Source: Ignavibacteriota bacterium
GTDB lineage: Bacteria; Bacteroidota; Ignavibacteria; UBA10030; UBA6906
NCBI GenBank assembly: GCA_963801355.1
Contig: CAWDEM010000008.1
Coordinates: forward strand, 1,952,001-2,016,000
Length of the DNA stretch: 64,000 nucleotides
Direction of reading: 5' to 3'
The first letter of the stretch is position 1. The number at the start of each line of letters is the position of its first letter. Both the position numbers and the translations under genes were made by a program. This document shows, in pieces, positions 11,512 to 21,647 of the stretch. Below the pieces are notes generated by a model that saw only the letters and a list, made by a program, of their open reading frames with translations, ran no database searches and was not told the origin of the DNA.

Positions 11512-13596
11512 CTCCGCGTCCACACAAGCGGGTTGACGGAAGGCCGCGAGGAGAGCAGACTGCCACACACCCATCTCCCGCCCTCCGCAGGGTTTTCTGG
11601 ATCGTTACTCTTGCTCTCCCCATCATTGTCCTCGTGCTGTGCGAAGCGGGGCTCCGCATCGCTGACTACGGTGGAAATCTCGATCTGGTGGTCAGAAAGA
11701 ACACCCATGGCAGGGAATTCAACTGCATCAATCGGAGTGTCGCCCAGAGGTACTTTCCTCCTTCCGGATCCAGTATCCCTGAACCCAGAGACCAGATATT
11801 CCAACTTCGGAAGGGTCCGCGGACACGGCGTATCTTCTGCCTGGGGGAATCCACGATGGCGGGCTTTCCGTACGACTTCCATGCTACCGCGCCATCGTTT
11901 CTGTCCGACCGCCTGCAGAACCTCTTCCCCGAAGACACAATAGAGGTCATCAACGTGGGGCTCTCCGCCGTGGGGAGCCATGTGGTCCTCGATTTTGCGC
12001 TCGAGTTGCTCGACTACGAACCTGATCTTTTCATCGTGTATTTGGGTCACAATGAATTCTACGGTGTTTATGGCGTCGGGTCTTCGCTCTCGGTCGGCGG
12101 TGGATCATGGATGACCCGCCTCACGCTCCGCCTGGTCCGCTTCAGGACGTTTCTGCTCGCCCGCAACTTCTACGCTTCCCTCACTGCACGTTCATCTCCA
12201 CCCACGGGTGAGGATGCAACGCTCATGGAAAACGTAGTCGGAGAGGGGTCAATCCCCTATGGCTCCAGGGCCTACAACGATGCCCGCGAGATTTACCGCG
12301 AGAATCTGGAGCGCATCATTGACGCTTCCAGGTCGCGCAACGTCCCGATCATGTTTACTGCTCTCGTCAGCAACCTCCGCACCCACGCGCCGTTCCAGCC
12401 GGTGTTCGCCGACGGCACGCCCATAGAGGCACGGGCTCAACACACTGCACTCATGAAATTGGCAGACAGCCTCCTGGCGAACGGAGATGCCATGGGCGCG
12501 TTTGCACAGAGCAGCCGCGCGGTCCTTCTCGACTCGAGCCATGCCGGCGGCTGGTTCGCCCGGGCCACAGCGGCCTACGCGCTCGGGAAGTACGATACCG
12601 CTGAGCGTGCATTCCGGCAGGCGAAAGGATCTTGATGCACTCCGGTTCCGCGCAACAGAAGAATTCCAGGATGTACTGTTCTCAGTCTGCGCCAAGCAGG
12701 GTGTCCCTGTGATCCATGCAGACTCCGCATTCGCCGCGGCCTCGCCTCACCGGATTGTTGGCTCCGAGCTGATGACGGATCACCTCCACCCGAACATCCG
12801 TGGCTACTTCCTGATGGGGAAGGTGATGACCGAGGCGATCCGTGACGCCGGGCTGCTTGCCCCTCCCGATCGCTGGAGGAACGACCGCGCATTGACCGAC
12901 GACGAGTACTTCGCGCGTTCAACCGTATCAGATTTCGACAGTCTTTGCGGGGCGATCAGGATAGAACTCCTCATGAAGCACTGGCCATTCCCATCACGCG
13001 GCGCTGTGGCCGGCTACAGGCCGGCGACACCCGAGGCCACAATTGCGTACGCCTATGTCCGCAACGCGCGGGCATGGCAGCTCGCGAGGTACGACATGGC
13101 ATCGCACTACGAGCTCCAACGCAGGTTTGACCTTGCCCGCCGCGAATGCCTCGCGGTGGCAAAGGCTGCACCGTACTCCTATGAACCCTTGCTCCGTGTG
13201 GCAGATTACTTCAGGATGGAAGGAAATGCCGCGGACGCTGAACGGTACTATCGCTTGTCATTTCAGACCGAGAACAATCCCTTCGCCCGGATGAAGCTTG
13301 CAGTCATGCTTCTTGAAGCTGAGCGGTCGCAGGAGGCCGTGGAACAGCTCGTCACAACACTTGACCTGGAGCGGCAGGCAGGCGCCCGGTTGGATGCGCA
13401 GGCAACGGCGACGGCCAGATACCTCCTTGCGGTCGCACTCGCCAAAACCGGGAAATTCGACACCGCGCGCGAGAACCTCGATGTGGCCCTGCAGCTTGAC
13501 CCCCGCAACACAAGCGCGCGCGACCTCCTAAAGCAGATCGATATACATGATAAGCGGTTGCAAACGCGAAAGGGCGCGGCAGAAGAGCAGCACTAA
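11508..13596 (+). pseudogene. SGNH-TPR paralog 3 split by a +1 frameshift near 12624-12626 (pseudogene or assembly error)
   Basis: ORF 11508..12635 has GESTM/GHNE; ORF 12487..13596 continues DLDALRFRAT...DHLHP + TPRs. Paralogs read ARDLDxLRFRA; removing one A from GCGAAAGGAT restores AKDLDALRFRA. Confidence 0.8.
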
Positions 13597-13653
13597 GGAC
13601 CAATCGACCGGACCACCCGCATCTCCACCGCCGATTGGCGCTGACCTAACAGC

Positions 13654-13685
13654 AGAGGGGCACGGCGTCATCGCCGTGCCCCTCT
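13654..13685. terminator. Hairpin between convergent genes, likely bidirectional terminator
   Basis: AGAGGGGCACGGCG-TCAT-CGCCGTGCCCCTCT, perfect 14-bp stem. Confidence 0.75.
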
Positions 13686-13710
13686 CTGTTGAATCTACCA
13701 TCACCGCAGT

Positions 13711-16672
13711 TTACTTCAACAGCAGCATCTTCTTCACTTCAACAAACTTGCCCGCCTCAAGCCGGTAGAAGTACACGCCGGTCGACAGCTTCTGTGCATC
13801 GAACAGCGCAACATAGTTGCCCCGCCCCTGCACTTCATTGTTGACCAGTGTAGCCACTTCCTGTCCGATGAGGTTGAACACTCTCAATGTCACGCTCGCT
13901 TCCGCCGGAATGGAGTAGCGGATGCGCGTGGCAGGGTTGAAGGGGTTCGGGTAGTTTTGCAGTAACGCGAACTCGTTCGGGAGACCCATTCCGGGTTCAG
14001 GCGCCACATCCGTCGAGAATGGTGCCAGCTCGCCCGTCAACGGAGCATCCCGCTTCCACTGATCCACCGGAGCAGCGTACGAAGCCGGCCATGCATTCGG
14101 ACCCGTTGGCTGGATGAACCGTGTGATATACGGGTTCTGGGTGCCGAGACCGCCGCCCTGATCCACGGCGTTGCCACCGGCGTGAATGTAGCGGTATGTG
14201 TACTGCATGTTGTAGTGTGTCTTCCCCTTCACGGTGAAGATCGCCTGGTAGATCGAGTCACCGCCACCCGGGGCGAGAGTCATCGTAATATCCGGGAACT
14301 GACCACTCGCACCGCCGCGTGCAGCGCGCTGGGCACTCCGCCAGAGAATATTCTGCCAGATCAATCGCACGGTGTCCGCAGCAGGAACAAAGGCATCAAT
14401 ATACCGTTTCGCGGGACCCATGTTAACTTTCAGCGTCACGACGCAGCTGTCCGTCGTGTTCAGGAACAAGCCCCGCGAATCGATGTCGGAGAACCAGCGG
14501 CGCGGAACCACGGTGTTGCCGCCGCCAGTAACAAAGAACTGAATGTTGCCATCTCCACGCTCCGCAGGGTGATCGTAGCAGAAGCCGTCACGTGTCGCAC
14601 CGGTTCCCGAGTTGACATACCCGGGGAAACGAGCCGTGGCACCGACCGAATCAAGCGCCATGAAATACTTGTACGACAGTTGGTCACCGATTGCGCCGTT
14701 GTACACCAATGCCGCTTCATAGTTGCCCGGCTGTCCGATTACAGGCAACAGCTTCGTCCCGACCCAGCCGTTGAACCCGCCACGCACCTCGATGGAATCC
14801 TTCAGATCCGGACGGAACCACCCCAGCGTCTGGTATGCACTCATATTAATCTGCCAGAGGAAGTTCACCGTCACGGGGGCATTGAAGAGCGAGTCGTTAT
14901 CGAAGTACACGAGCGGGGTCGAGCCGCCGCCAACCGGCACATTGTACTTGCGGTTGTCCACACCCTCCCAGTCGCCGCTCCGAGTGGTTTTGAGGTACTT
15001 GTACTCGATCGCCTGACCTTCGTTCAGGGTGATCGTCTTCGTATAGATGCTGTCATTGTTGGCATCTTTCAATGTGTCGGTCGAGCTTCCCCAGTTGTTG
15101 AAGCTGCCCGCGACACGAACGATGTCACCGCTCCCGGGCAGGAAGGTCTGCTCAAGCATCTTGATCTTCATGTTCACCTGGAACGTCACACCTGCAGGCA
15201 CAGGAGGCGTGTAGATCGAGTCATTGTCAAAGTATACTGCAGGAATCGTCTGCGCACCCGCCACAACGGTATACGTGCGGTTCGAAACGGACTCCCAATC
15301 GAGTCCCGCGCGGAGGGTCTTGAAGAATTTGTACTCGATGCGCACCCGCTGGCATATAGATGGCCTTGGTGTAGACGCTGTCGCCGTCCAGATCGGTCAA
15401 GAAGTCCGAGCCGCCCCAGCCGTTGAAGCTCCCTTTCACTTGAAGAACATCACCGCTGCCGGGCAAGAAGCCGCCCTCGCGCATCTTGATGTTCATCTTC
15501 GCTTGCAACGTCACGCTGCTGACCTTGAATTTCAGCGCTCTGTAGTACCCCACGACGTACGCGCTGTGGGGATTCATGAATTGCGCATTGGTCAGATCGG
15601 CGCCGATGGATGTCGTGTCAGGGGCGATCAGGGCCCATGTCGCGCCACCATCAACCGACCAGTCAGCCTTCGGATAGTTGCCTTGGTACCCCATGGCCAG
15701 CAGATTGTTCGTGCCTTTTACCGGCATGACGGACTTCAGAGTGATGCCAGATTCCACGAGAATCGTGTCGCTCCAGGTGGCACCGCCATCTGTGGTCTTG
15801 TGGGCGTAGCAGAATAGTGTAGAAGATGTCCGGCGAGGGACTATCCAGCCGACGTTCTCATCCAGCATATTGATCGACTTGATGTAGTATGCATTCGTAA
15901 GCCCGCCGGTCAGTGTGACAGGGGTTGAGGTCCATGTATCGCCGAAATTCGTTGAACGTACGATGCGCGGCGCAGTCCCGGAGCCTTCGTACGTCGTAAT
16001 CCAAATATTCCTGCCGATGATGTCCATCGGCTGCCGGTACGTTGCATACGAGGCATACTTGTTGGCGGTCGCATCTTCGGCGGGAAGGTTCGAGAAGCGG
16101 GTCCAGGTTGCCCCGGCATCCAGACTCTTGAGGACGAGGAGGCCCAGAGCATCAGCATCACCAATAGCGATGATGCTATCCCCACCTGTAAACACTACTC
16201 CATTGATATATAGCGTCCCATCGCCAAAGTGGTACACGCTGTCCCAGCTCGTTCCACCGTTCGTCGTGCGGTACATGTAGCCATCGAACGTGCCGAGAAC
16301 GGCAACGTTCGCGTCACGAGCTCCAAGCGTGAATCCTTTCTTGTTTGTGAATCCCAACGTATCGTAGCTCCAGCTCGCGCCCGTATCCGTAGACTTAAAG
16401 AGAATATCCTCTTTGGTCGAGTTGATGTAACCGGTAATCCAGATCGTGCCGTCATTGAATGCCTTCACTTGGTTCAGGACTAACCCTGCGGCCTTCAATG
16501 ACAGCGTATCCCAGTATGCTGGGTTTGCGCTGATACCCTCGACCCTTGAGGGCGTAATACCCCTCGTGTCAATACCGTCCAAGGTGTTTTTCCTCTCCAC
16601 CTTGTCACCGGCTGCAAACGCGATGCCAGCAATAAGAGTCACTGACAGGAGTGCCAGTAGAATCTTGCGCAT
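13711..16672 (-). pseudogene. T9SS-secreted protein: Asp-box/BNR beta-propeller + tandem starch-binding (CBM20/48-like) modules + type-A CTD, split by a frameshift near 15341-15347
   Basis: Six S/TxD/NxGxxW boxes in 15227..16672; repeats VKGSFNGW / VAGSFNNW / VRGGFNGW. First repeat YTKAIYMPAGA| continues |IEYKFFK in the other frame, matching repeat 2 YTKTITLNEGQAIEYKYLK. Ends LLQNYPNPFNP...KKMLLLK. Confidence 0.8.
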
Positions 16673-16782
16673 GATTTGCTCCTCACATAGTGTTGGTTGT
16701 TGGAAAGTGAACTGATGAGACAGGGTGCTACTGCACCATTACGATACAACGAAATAGATGTGACTATTCGCAGAAGTGCTAC

Positions 16783-16811
16783 AACATAGGCAATTTAGGC
16801 CACACAATCAA
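16783..16811 (-). promoter_or_regulatory. Putative sigma70 promoter for the CBM-rich T9SS gene
   Basis: Minus strand TTGATT-N17-TATGTT in the intergenic region. Confidence 0.5.
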
Positions 16812-16896
16812 GATATGCCCGGATCGCCGACACATCTGCAAAGTATCCTCCTTGTGTTGGTGTAGGTATAGTCCATTGCGGCATGACCCTCGCGGA

Positions 16897-17922
16897 TCAG
16901 TACATCAAAGCAACCGAAAACTTGTGCACATCACTCAGCAACCCGAACTTCTCGTACGCGTAGTCGAGTCGGAACACCAGGTTGTCGGTCAAACCATACC
17001 GTACGCCGCCCCCAACGGTGAACTGTTCTTCGCTGTCGCGGGCACCGAGAGCTCTATATCCTGCACGGATCGAGAGAATGCGCTGCAACACCGAGTACTC
17101 GAACCCGACATTGATGTTTTCCGCATTGTCGTTGGGGTGTGAGGCATCTACCGCCAGAATCAGCGACTGATCTTCGTCTGCGATGGGCTGATACGCCACA
17201 CCGATGCGAAGCGCGAGGGGAAGATCGAAGCTCTCCGTGCTCAGGTTCGCATTCACGTTTGCATTGTTGCCGTTGTTGGGAGAGATGTCCTTCTGCACAA
17301 GCAGATCGTCTCCGCTCATCCTGAGCTTCGTTCCGAAATTCGATATACCGGCGCCGAAGGTGACCCCTTCAAAGGGCGTCTTGAACAACGTACCGACATC
17401 CACTGCGAACGCCGTGGCATTCGAGTTCCAGATGTGTTCGTTGACGTATCGGACCGTGCCGCCGATGGCAAACCAATCCGTCAGGTTTTTCGCATAAGAG
17501 AGACCGAGAGCGAAGCTGCCCGCCGAGAACGTCTGACCCGTTCCCTCAGGTTGGTCCTCAGTGGTACGTTCCATCTCCGCCATCGAGAGCGAGGTGACAC
17601 TTAAGCCGAGGGTGCCGAATTCTCCGACCGGGAGCATCACACCGCCCCAATTGAAGTTGATGTCAGCCAGCCACGCCGCATGGTTGACGAGCACCTCCGC
17701 CTGCGTTGCACGAGCCAGCCCGGCGGGATTCCAGAACATCGCCGTGGCATCGTCTGCAATGCCGACAAAGGCGCCCCCCATTCCAAGAGCGCGTGCACCC
17801 ACCGGGATGCTGAGGAATTTGGCCGTCGTTGTGCCGACTTTGGTCACCTTCTGCGCTGATGCAGGCACCACGAGCAAGCCTATCACCAGCGCGAGAGCGA
17901 GACTTCTGAGATTCCTGTCCAC
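16897..17922 (-). CDS. PorV/UPF0164-family (FadL-like) outer-membrane beta-barrel
   Basis: GTG 17922 after AGGAGG; signal peptide; FLSIPVGARALGMGGA...FWNPAGL motif; alternating beta-strands, C-terminal aromatic residue. Confidence 0.85.
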   Translation of the reverse strand: MDRNLRSLALALVIGLLVVPASAQKVTKVGTTTAKFLSIPVGARALGMGGAFVGIADDATAMFWNPAGLARATQAEVLVNHAAWLADINFNWGGVMLPVGEFGTLGLSVTSLSMAEMERTTEDQPEGTGQTFSAGSFALGLSYAKNLTDWFAIGGTVRYVNEHIWNSNATAFAVDVGTLFKTPFEGVTFGAGISNFGTKLRMSGDDLLVQKDISPNNGNNANVNANLSTESFDLPLALRIGVAYQPIADEDQSLILAVDASHPNDNAENINVGFEYSVLQRILSIRAGYRALGARDSEEQFTVGGGVRYGLTDNLVFRLDYAYEKFGLLSDVHKFSVALMY

Positions 17923-17932
17923 GTCGTCCTCC

Positions 17933-20900
17933 TTACTTGATAATCGCGAACTTGCCGACCTTCTCTCCCACACCCGGGGCATCCACATGGTAGATGTAGA
18001 TCCCGTATGCGGTAGAGAGGTTATCCCGCGTCAGGAGATTCCACTCGGCAGTTCCGTTGTTCATTGACGATGCGTGCTGGATGGTCGTCACGAGTTCACC
18101 ATTCACCGTGAAAATGCGGATCGTGCAGACCTGCGGCAGATGCGTGAAGTGGATCGCCCGCGGTCCGCGGCCCGACGTGTAGGGATTCCGCTCTTCCCAT
18201 GTTGCGGCGGCTACGTATGGATTCGGGACAACCTTGATCAGGTCAAGACTCCCTTTCGCGAGCTCCGCATCCACCTTCTGGCCCGTCGTGGAGAACTCGA
18301 ATACGTCATCTTTGCGGAAGAGCTTCGAGAGAACGACACGCAACGTGTCTCCCGCTTTGGGAGCACTCAGAATTGAATCATACCCCATACTGAGCCCCCA
18401 GCTGATGGCCAGCGAATCTTTCGAGTCCCGCTCGAGAAACACTATGAAGTCGCTGACATTGTCAAAACCGACCATTCCCGTGCTGAACAATCCGGGTCCT
18501 CCCGTCAGATCAAGCTCCCAGAAGGCAAAGTCGATCTGCTTGTTCTCCGACGTATTGAACACCTTGAAGTTTACCGGGACGGCCGGGAGCGGAGAGGCAA
18601 ATGTTCGGACAGTAAAGGACGTGGAAGTATCGGTACCCACCGGGCCGAACACGATCTTGTAGTCCGCGGGTTTCTGTTGCCCCACCACAAACCCGCTCTT
18701 CCACTGACGGAAATCAAATGTGTACACGCCCAGGCGACTCCACCCCGAGAGCGCACCGTTGACGCCAAAGGCCTTCTCGTTGTTCACGACGAGCCGGAAC
18801 CCGTGCGTCAGTGGATGCTCCACGGTGTCGGCAAGCTTTGTGGTCCGCCGGATAAGCGTGTCAATCATCGATGAGTTGGTGATGTCTGCCAGCGTCAATG
18901 TCTTCGTCAGGAAGGTATCAGGAGCTGAAGCCCCCCCTGCGTGCACAGTGTCCTCAAAGGTGATTCGGTACTTGTGGTTGTCTCGCACACTGTCGGGATC
19001 CACAATCACATACCCGAGGCTGCCTGTTGTTGAACCCGACACGAGTTTGATGGGACTCACCTTTGCTCCAACATACCCGGCCACCGACGCTTCCGGTACC
19101 GCGATCGCCACCGATGTCCCCTTGCCGACGAGTTGCCCGGTGACGTTGTCGATGTTGATCTTGAGATTGCTTTCCGAAGGAGTGATGTTCAGCGGTGCGT
19201 ACCCCTGGTCGAACGCGCGGACTACGTAGTAATACTTCTGCCCGTTCTGAACGGAACTGTCTGTCCATTCATGTGCAAGGCCATAGTCCGTTCCCAGGTA
19301 GAACTGGACGCCGTTGTACGGTGTCGGGTGGAACCCCTTTATACCGTCCACCAAATCGAATTGCATGATCGGTTTGAGGAACGGAGCCGCTGAGCCGAAT
19401 CCGTCGGTGATCAACTTCGCATCGAGGAACGAGGCGTCAGTTGCCCGGTAAATCCTGTATCCTTCGAAGTCGTGCGCGGGAGCCCCCGGAATGCCCTGAA
19501 GGAACCTGTCCGTCGATTCCTCGGCCCTTCTATCCCAGTAGAGCGTGACCCTTTTATCTCCCACCACCGCTTTCACGACGGGTTCAATCGGGGCCTGTGC
19601 AAACTGGTAATCTTCGTTGTAGGCGAGCTGCGCGAATTCCCTCTTCCTCAGCGCGTCGTCGAATGCCCCACTGACGCGCGCATTCCCGTAGGTGGTCGCG
19701 GCACCGAATACCACAGCAAACGAGATCCGCTCAATCTGGCCGGCCTTCATCGGGAATATGCCTGACGATACGAACAGATCGCTCTCTCCCGTCGGGATAA
19801 GGGCAGGGTTGACAAATTTGCCGGGGAGCATGAAGTCACCCCAGAACCGGATGTCGGCGGTCGTGCTGAAATTGATGGCACCCGCAGCAAGGTACTGCAC
19901 GTTCGTCAGACCGATTTGATCGGCCTCAGATACGTCCGTTTTGTCGATGTTTGGCTCCCCGGGGAATGGTGTGCCGACGCCTGAAGTCGGCCTGCCATCT
20001 CCTTCACCCTCATCACCGGTGCTGGCGGCACCATCGAGTCCTACATCATCCGTGAGGCGGTTCCAGTCGCCGTCATTGTCGACGCCGTCGTTTCGCCCCT
20101 CATCGATCATGTCGTCGATCCCCTCGTCTATCCCGGCAACAATCAACCCGTCTTTGTTGATGTACTTCTTCCCCACGTCTTCCGCGCCGACGTCATAAAG
20201 GATCACGTTGGACCCGGGGACCCGGTAGCGGTGAAAAGGATCGCTCGCGGCCTGAGTCACCATATCCTGCGTGACCACCGGGAGGTTATCCAGACAGTCG
20301 CCGTTGTTATCGATGTTGTCTTTATATTTCTTCCCGAGATCGTCAGGCCCGGCCACATCGATGAGATGGATGCTCCCCTGCTGAAAGGCGTCCTTTTCCG
20401 GTTCCTGGGGCCAACGTTTCCAAAGATCAAGTGACGCCTGGCTGATCATGGTTTGTGTGATGACCGGACTCCCCGATTCGCCGTTGCCGTCGTTGTCGAT
20501 GCCGTCGGCAAAGCCGACGCCACGCTGTTCCCCAAAGGCGATATACGTCGAGTCCTCGTCTATGAGTCCGTTGAGATTGTTGTCGATTTGATCGCCACTG
20601 ATCTCTGCACTTGTTCCGGGAATGCGCGACTCAAACATCGCCCCCGTCACTTTGGGGCCCATCTGGAACTCGGGACTGTCACCGTCGTTGTCGATCCTGT
20701 CGGTTGCGTTCCCTGGTGTTTCCAGATAGAGCGTCGCTGCACAGCCAACGGGGACACCGGAGAAAGCAGGATTCGAACTCTTCCCATCGGCATCAAGCGA
20801 GAACGCGATATCCAGAATCAGATCAAATGACGGGCTGTCATCCTGCGAATCGCCGTCCCCTCCGACAAAGTCGGCCAGCCAGAGCGTGACACCGGTCCGC

Positions 20901-21622
20901 GCGATGTCTTTCGTGCCGTCATTCTTGACTTCGTGAATGAAAAATACCGCATCGGCCACAGACGCTTGCGACCACTGCAGCGCACGGCCATCCACAATCA
21001 TCCCGAGGCCGCGCCGCTTGGTGTCGGTGGTGTCAGGAGTGTAGTCCCAGCGGTCGTAGTTGTCATCTCCCACACGGTAGTAAATTTCCTGATCCGCACT
21101 AAACTGGTTCTTGCCAAAATAGCCATTCCACGATCCTGCCCAGCCCGGGTCTGTCCGATCGCCCACTTTGTCGGGCCAGTTTTTCGGCCAGGTGTCAGGC
21201 TCGTCGCTCTTGGCGAGCTTTCCTTGGTCGGGGTTGAAATAGCCCGGGACGGGGCCCATATTCCAATCCGCTCCGCTGCCAGGGTTCGTCCGGTAGGCCG
21301 GCAGATCGACAATGCGAATAGTCTTCCCCGTATTGTCGGTCACTTCCCCTCCTACAAACAGCGCAATGAGGGCGATGTAAACGCGGTTCGTGTTTTTCGG
21401 CCACTCGTACGGAACGCCCTGCCCGGCGCCCGTGCGACCGGAGAACACAAAGTTGAAGACGCTTGTGCGGACGTTGTTCCCATCCATCTCTGTCCGCCGG
21501 CGCAGTGTCGGGTCGACCCGCTCTTTGCTCGGCGTATGCCCGCTTGTTTGAGCGGAAACACCCGCCAGGCCGGAAGCCAGGAGCAGCACCGTGAAGACGA
21601 TTATGAAATTCTTGCGAAACAT
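17933..21622 (-). CDS. 1229-aa secreted protein with DxIDNDGD-type acidic repeats and a T9SS-CTD-like Ig C-terminus; function unknown
   Basis: Signal peptide; DRIDNDGD, DQIDNNLNG, DGIDNDGNG, DNIDNNGD, DGVDNDGD; C-terminus VVPNPY...IRIFTVNGELV...WNLLT...GIYIYHV...KFAIIK. Confidence 0.8.
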   Translation of the reverse strand: MFRKNFIIVFTVLLLASGLAGVSAQTSGHTPSKERVDPTLRRRTEMDGNNVRTSVFNFVFSGRTGAGQGVPYEWPKNTNRVYIALIALFVGGEVTDNTGKTIRIVDLPAYRTNPGSGADWNMGPVPGYFNPDQGKLAKSDEPDTWPKNWPDKVGDRTDPGWAGSWNGYFGKNQFSADQEIYYRVGDDNYDRWDYTPDTTDTKRRGLGMIVDGRALQWSQASVADAVFFIHEVKNDGTKDIARTGVTLWLADFVGGDGDSQDDSPSFDLILDIAFSLDADGKSSNPAFSGVPVGCAATLYLETPGNATDRIDNDGDSPEFQMGPKVTGAMFESRIPGTSAEISGDQIDNNLNGLIDEDSTYIAFGEQRGVGFADGIDNDGNGESGSPVITQTMISQASLDLWKRWPQEPEKDAFQQGSIHLIDVAGPDDLGKKYKDNIDNNGDCLDNLPVVTQDMVTQAASDPFHRYRVPGSNVILYDVGAEDVGKKYINKDGLIVAGIDEGIDDMIDEGRNDGVDNDGDWNRLTDDVGLDGAASTGDEGEGDGRPTSGVGTPFPGEPNIDKTDVSEADQIGLTNVQYLAAGAINFSTTADIRFWGDFMLPGKFVNPALIPTGESDLFVSSGIFPMKAGQIERISFAVVFGAATTYGNARVSGAFDDALRKREFAQLAYNEDYQFAQAPIEPVVKAVVGDKRVTLYWDRRAEESTDRFLQGIPGAPAHDFEGYRIYRATDASFLDAKLITDGFGSAAPFLKPIMQFDLVDGIKGFHPTPYNGVQFYLGTDYGLAHEWTDSSVQNGQKYYYVVRAFDQGYAPLNITPSESNLKINIDNVTGQLVGKGTSVAIAVPEASVAGYVGAKVSPIKLVSGSTTGSLGYVIVDPDSVRDNHKYRITFEDTVHAGGASAPDTFLTKTLTLADITNSSMIDTLIRRTTKLADTVEHPLTHGFRLVVNNEKAFGVNGALSGWSRLGVYTFDFRQWKSGFVVGQQKPADYKIVFGPVGTDTSTSFTVRTFASPLPAVPVNFKVFNTSENKQIDFAFWELDLTGGPGLFSTGMVGFDNVSDFIVFLERDSKDSLAISWGLSMGYDSILSAPKAGDTLRVVLSKLFRKDDVFEFSTTGQKVDAELAKGSLDLIKVVPNPYVAAATWEERNPYTSGRGPRAIHFTHLPQVCTIRIFTVNGELVTTIQHASSMNNGTAEWNLLTRDNLSTAYGIYIYHVDAPGVGEKVGKFAIIK

Positions 21623-21647
21623 TCCGGGTTCTCCTCTGGTTGAGATC

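Noticed and set aside
12620-12635. CGAAAG as a programmed -1 frameshift site
   Set aside because: The hexamer is not in the reading frame of the upstream ORF and the shift needed is +1; both paralogs are continuous.
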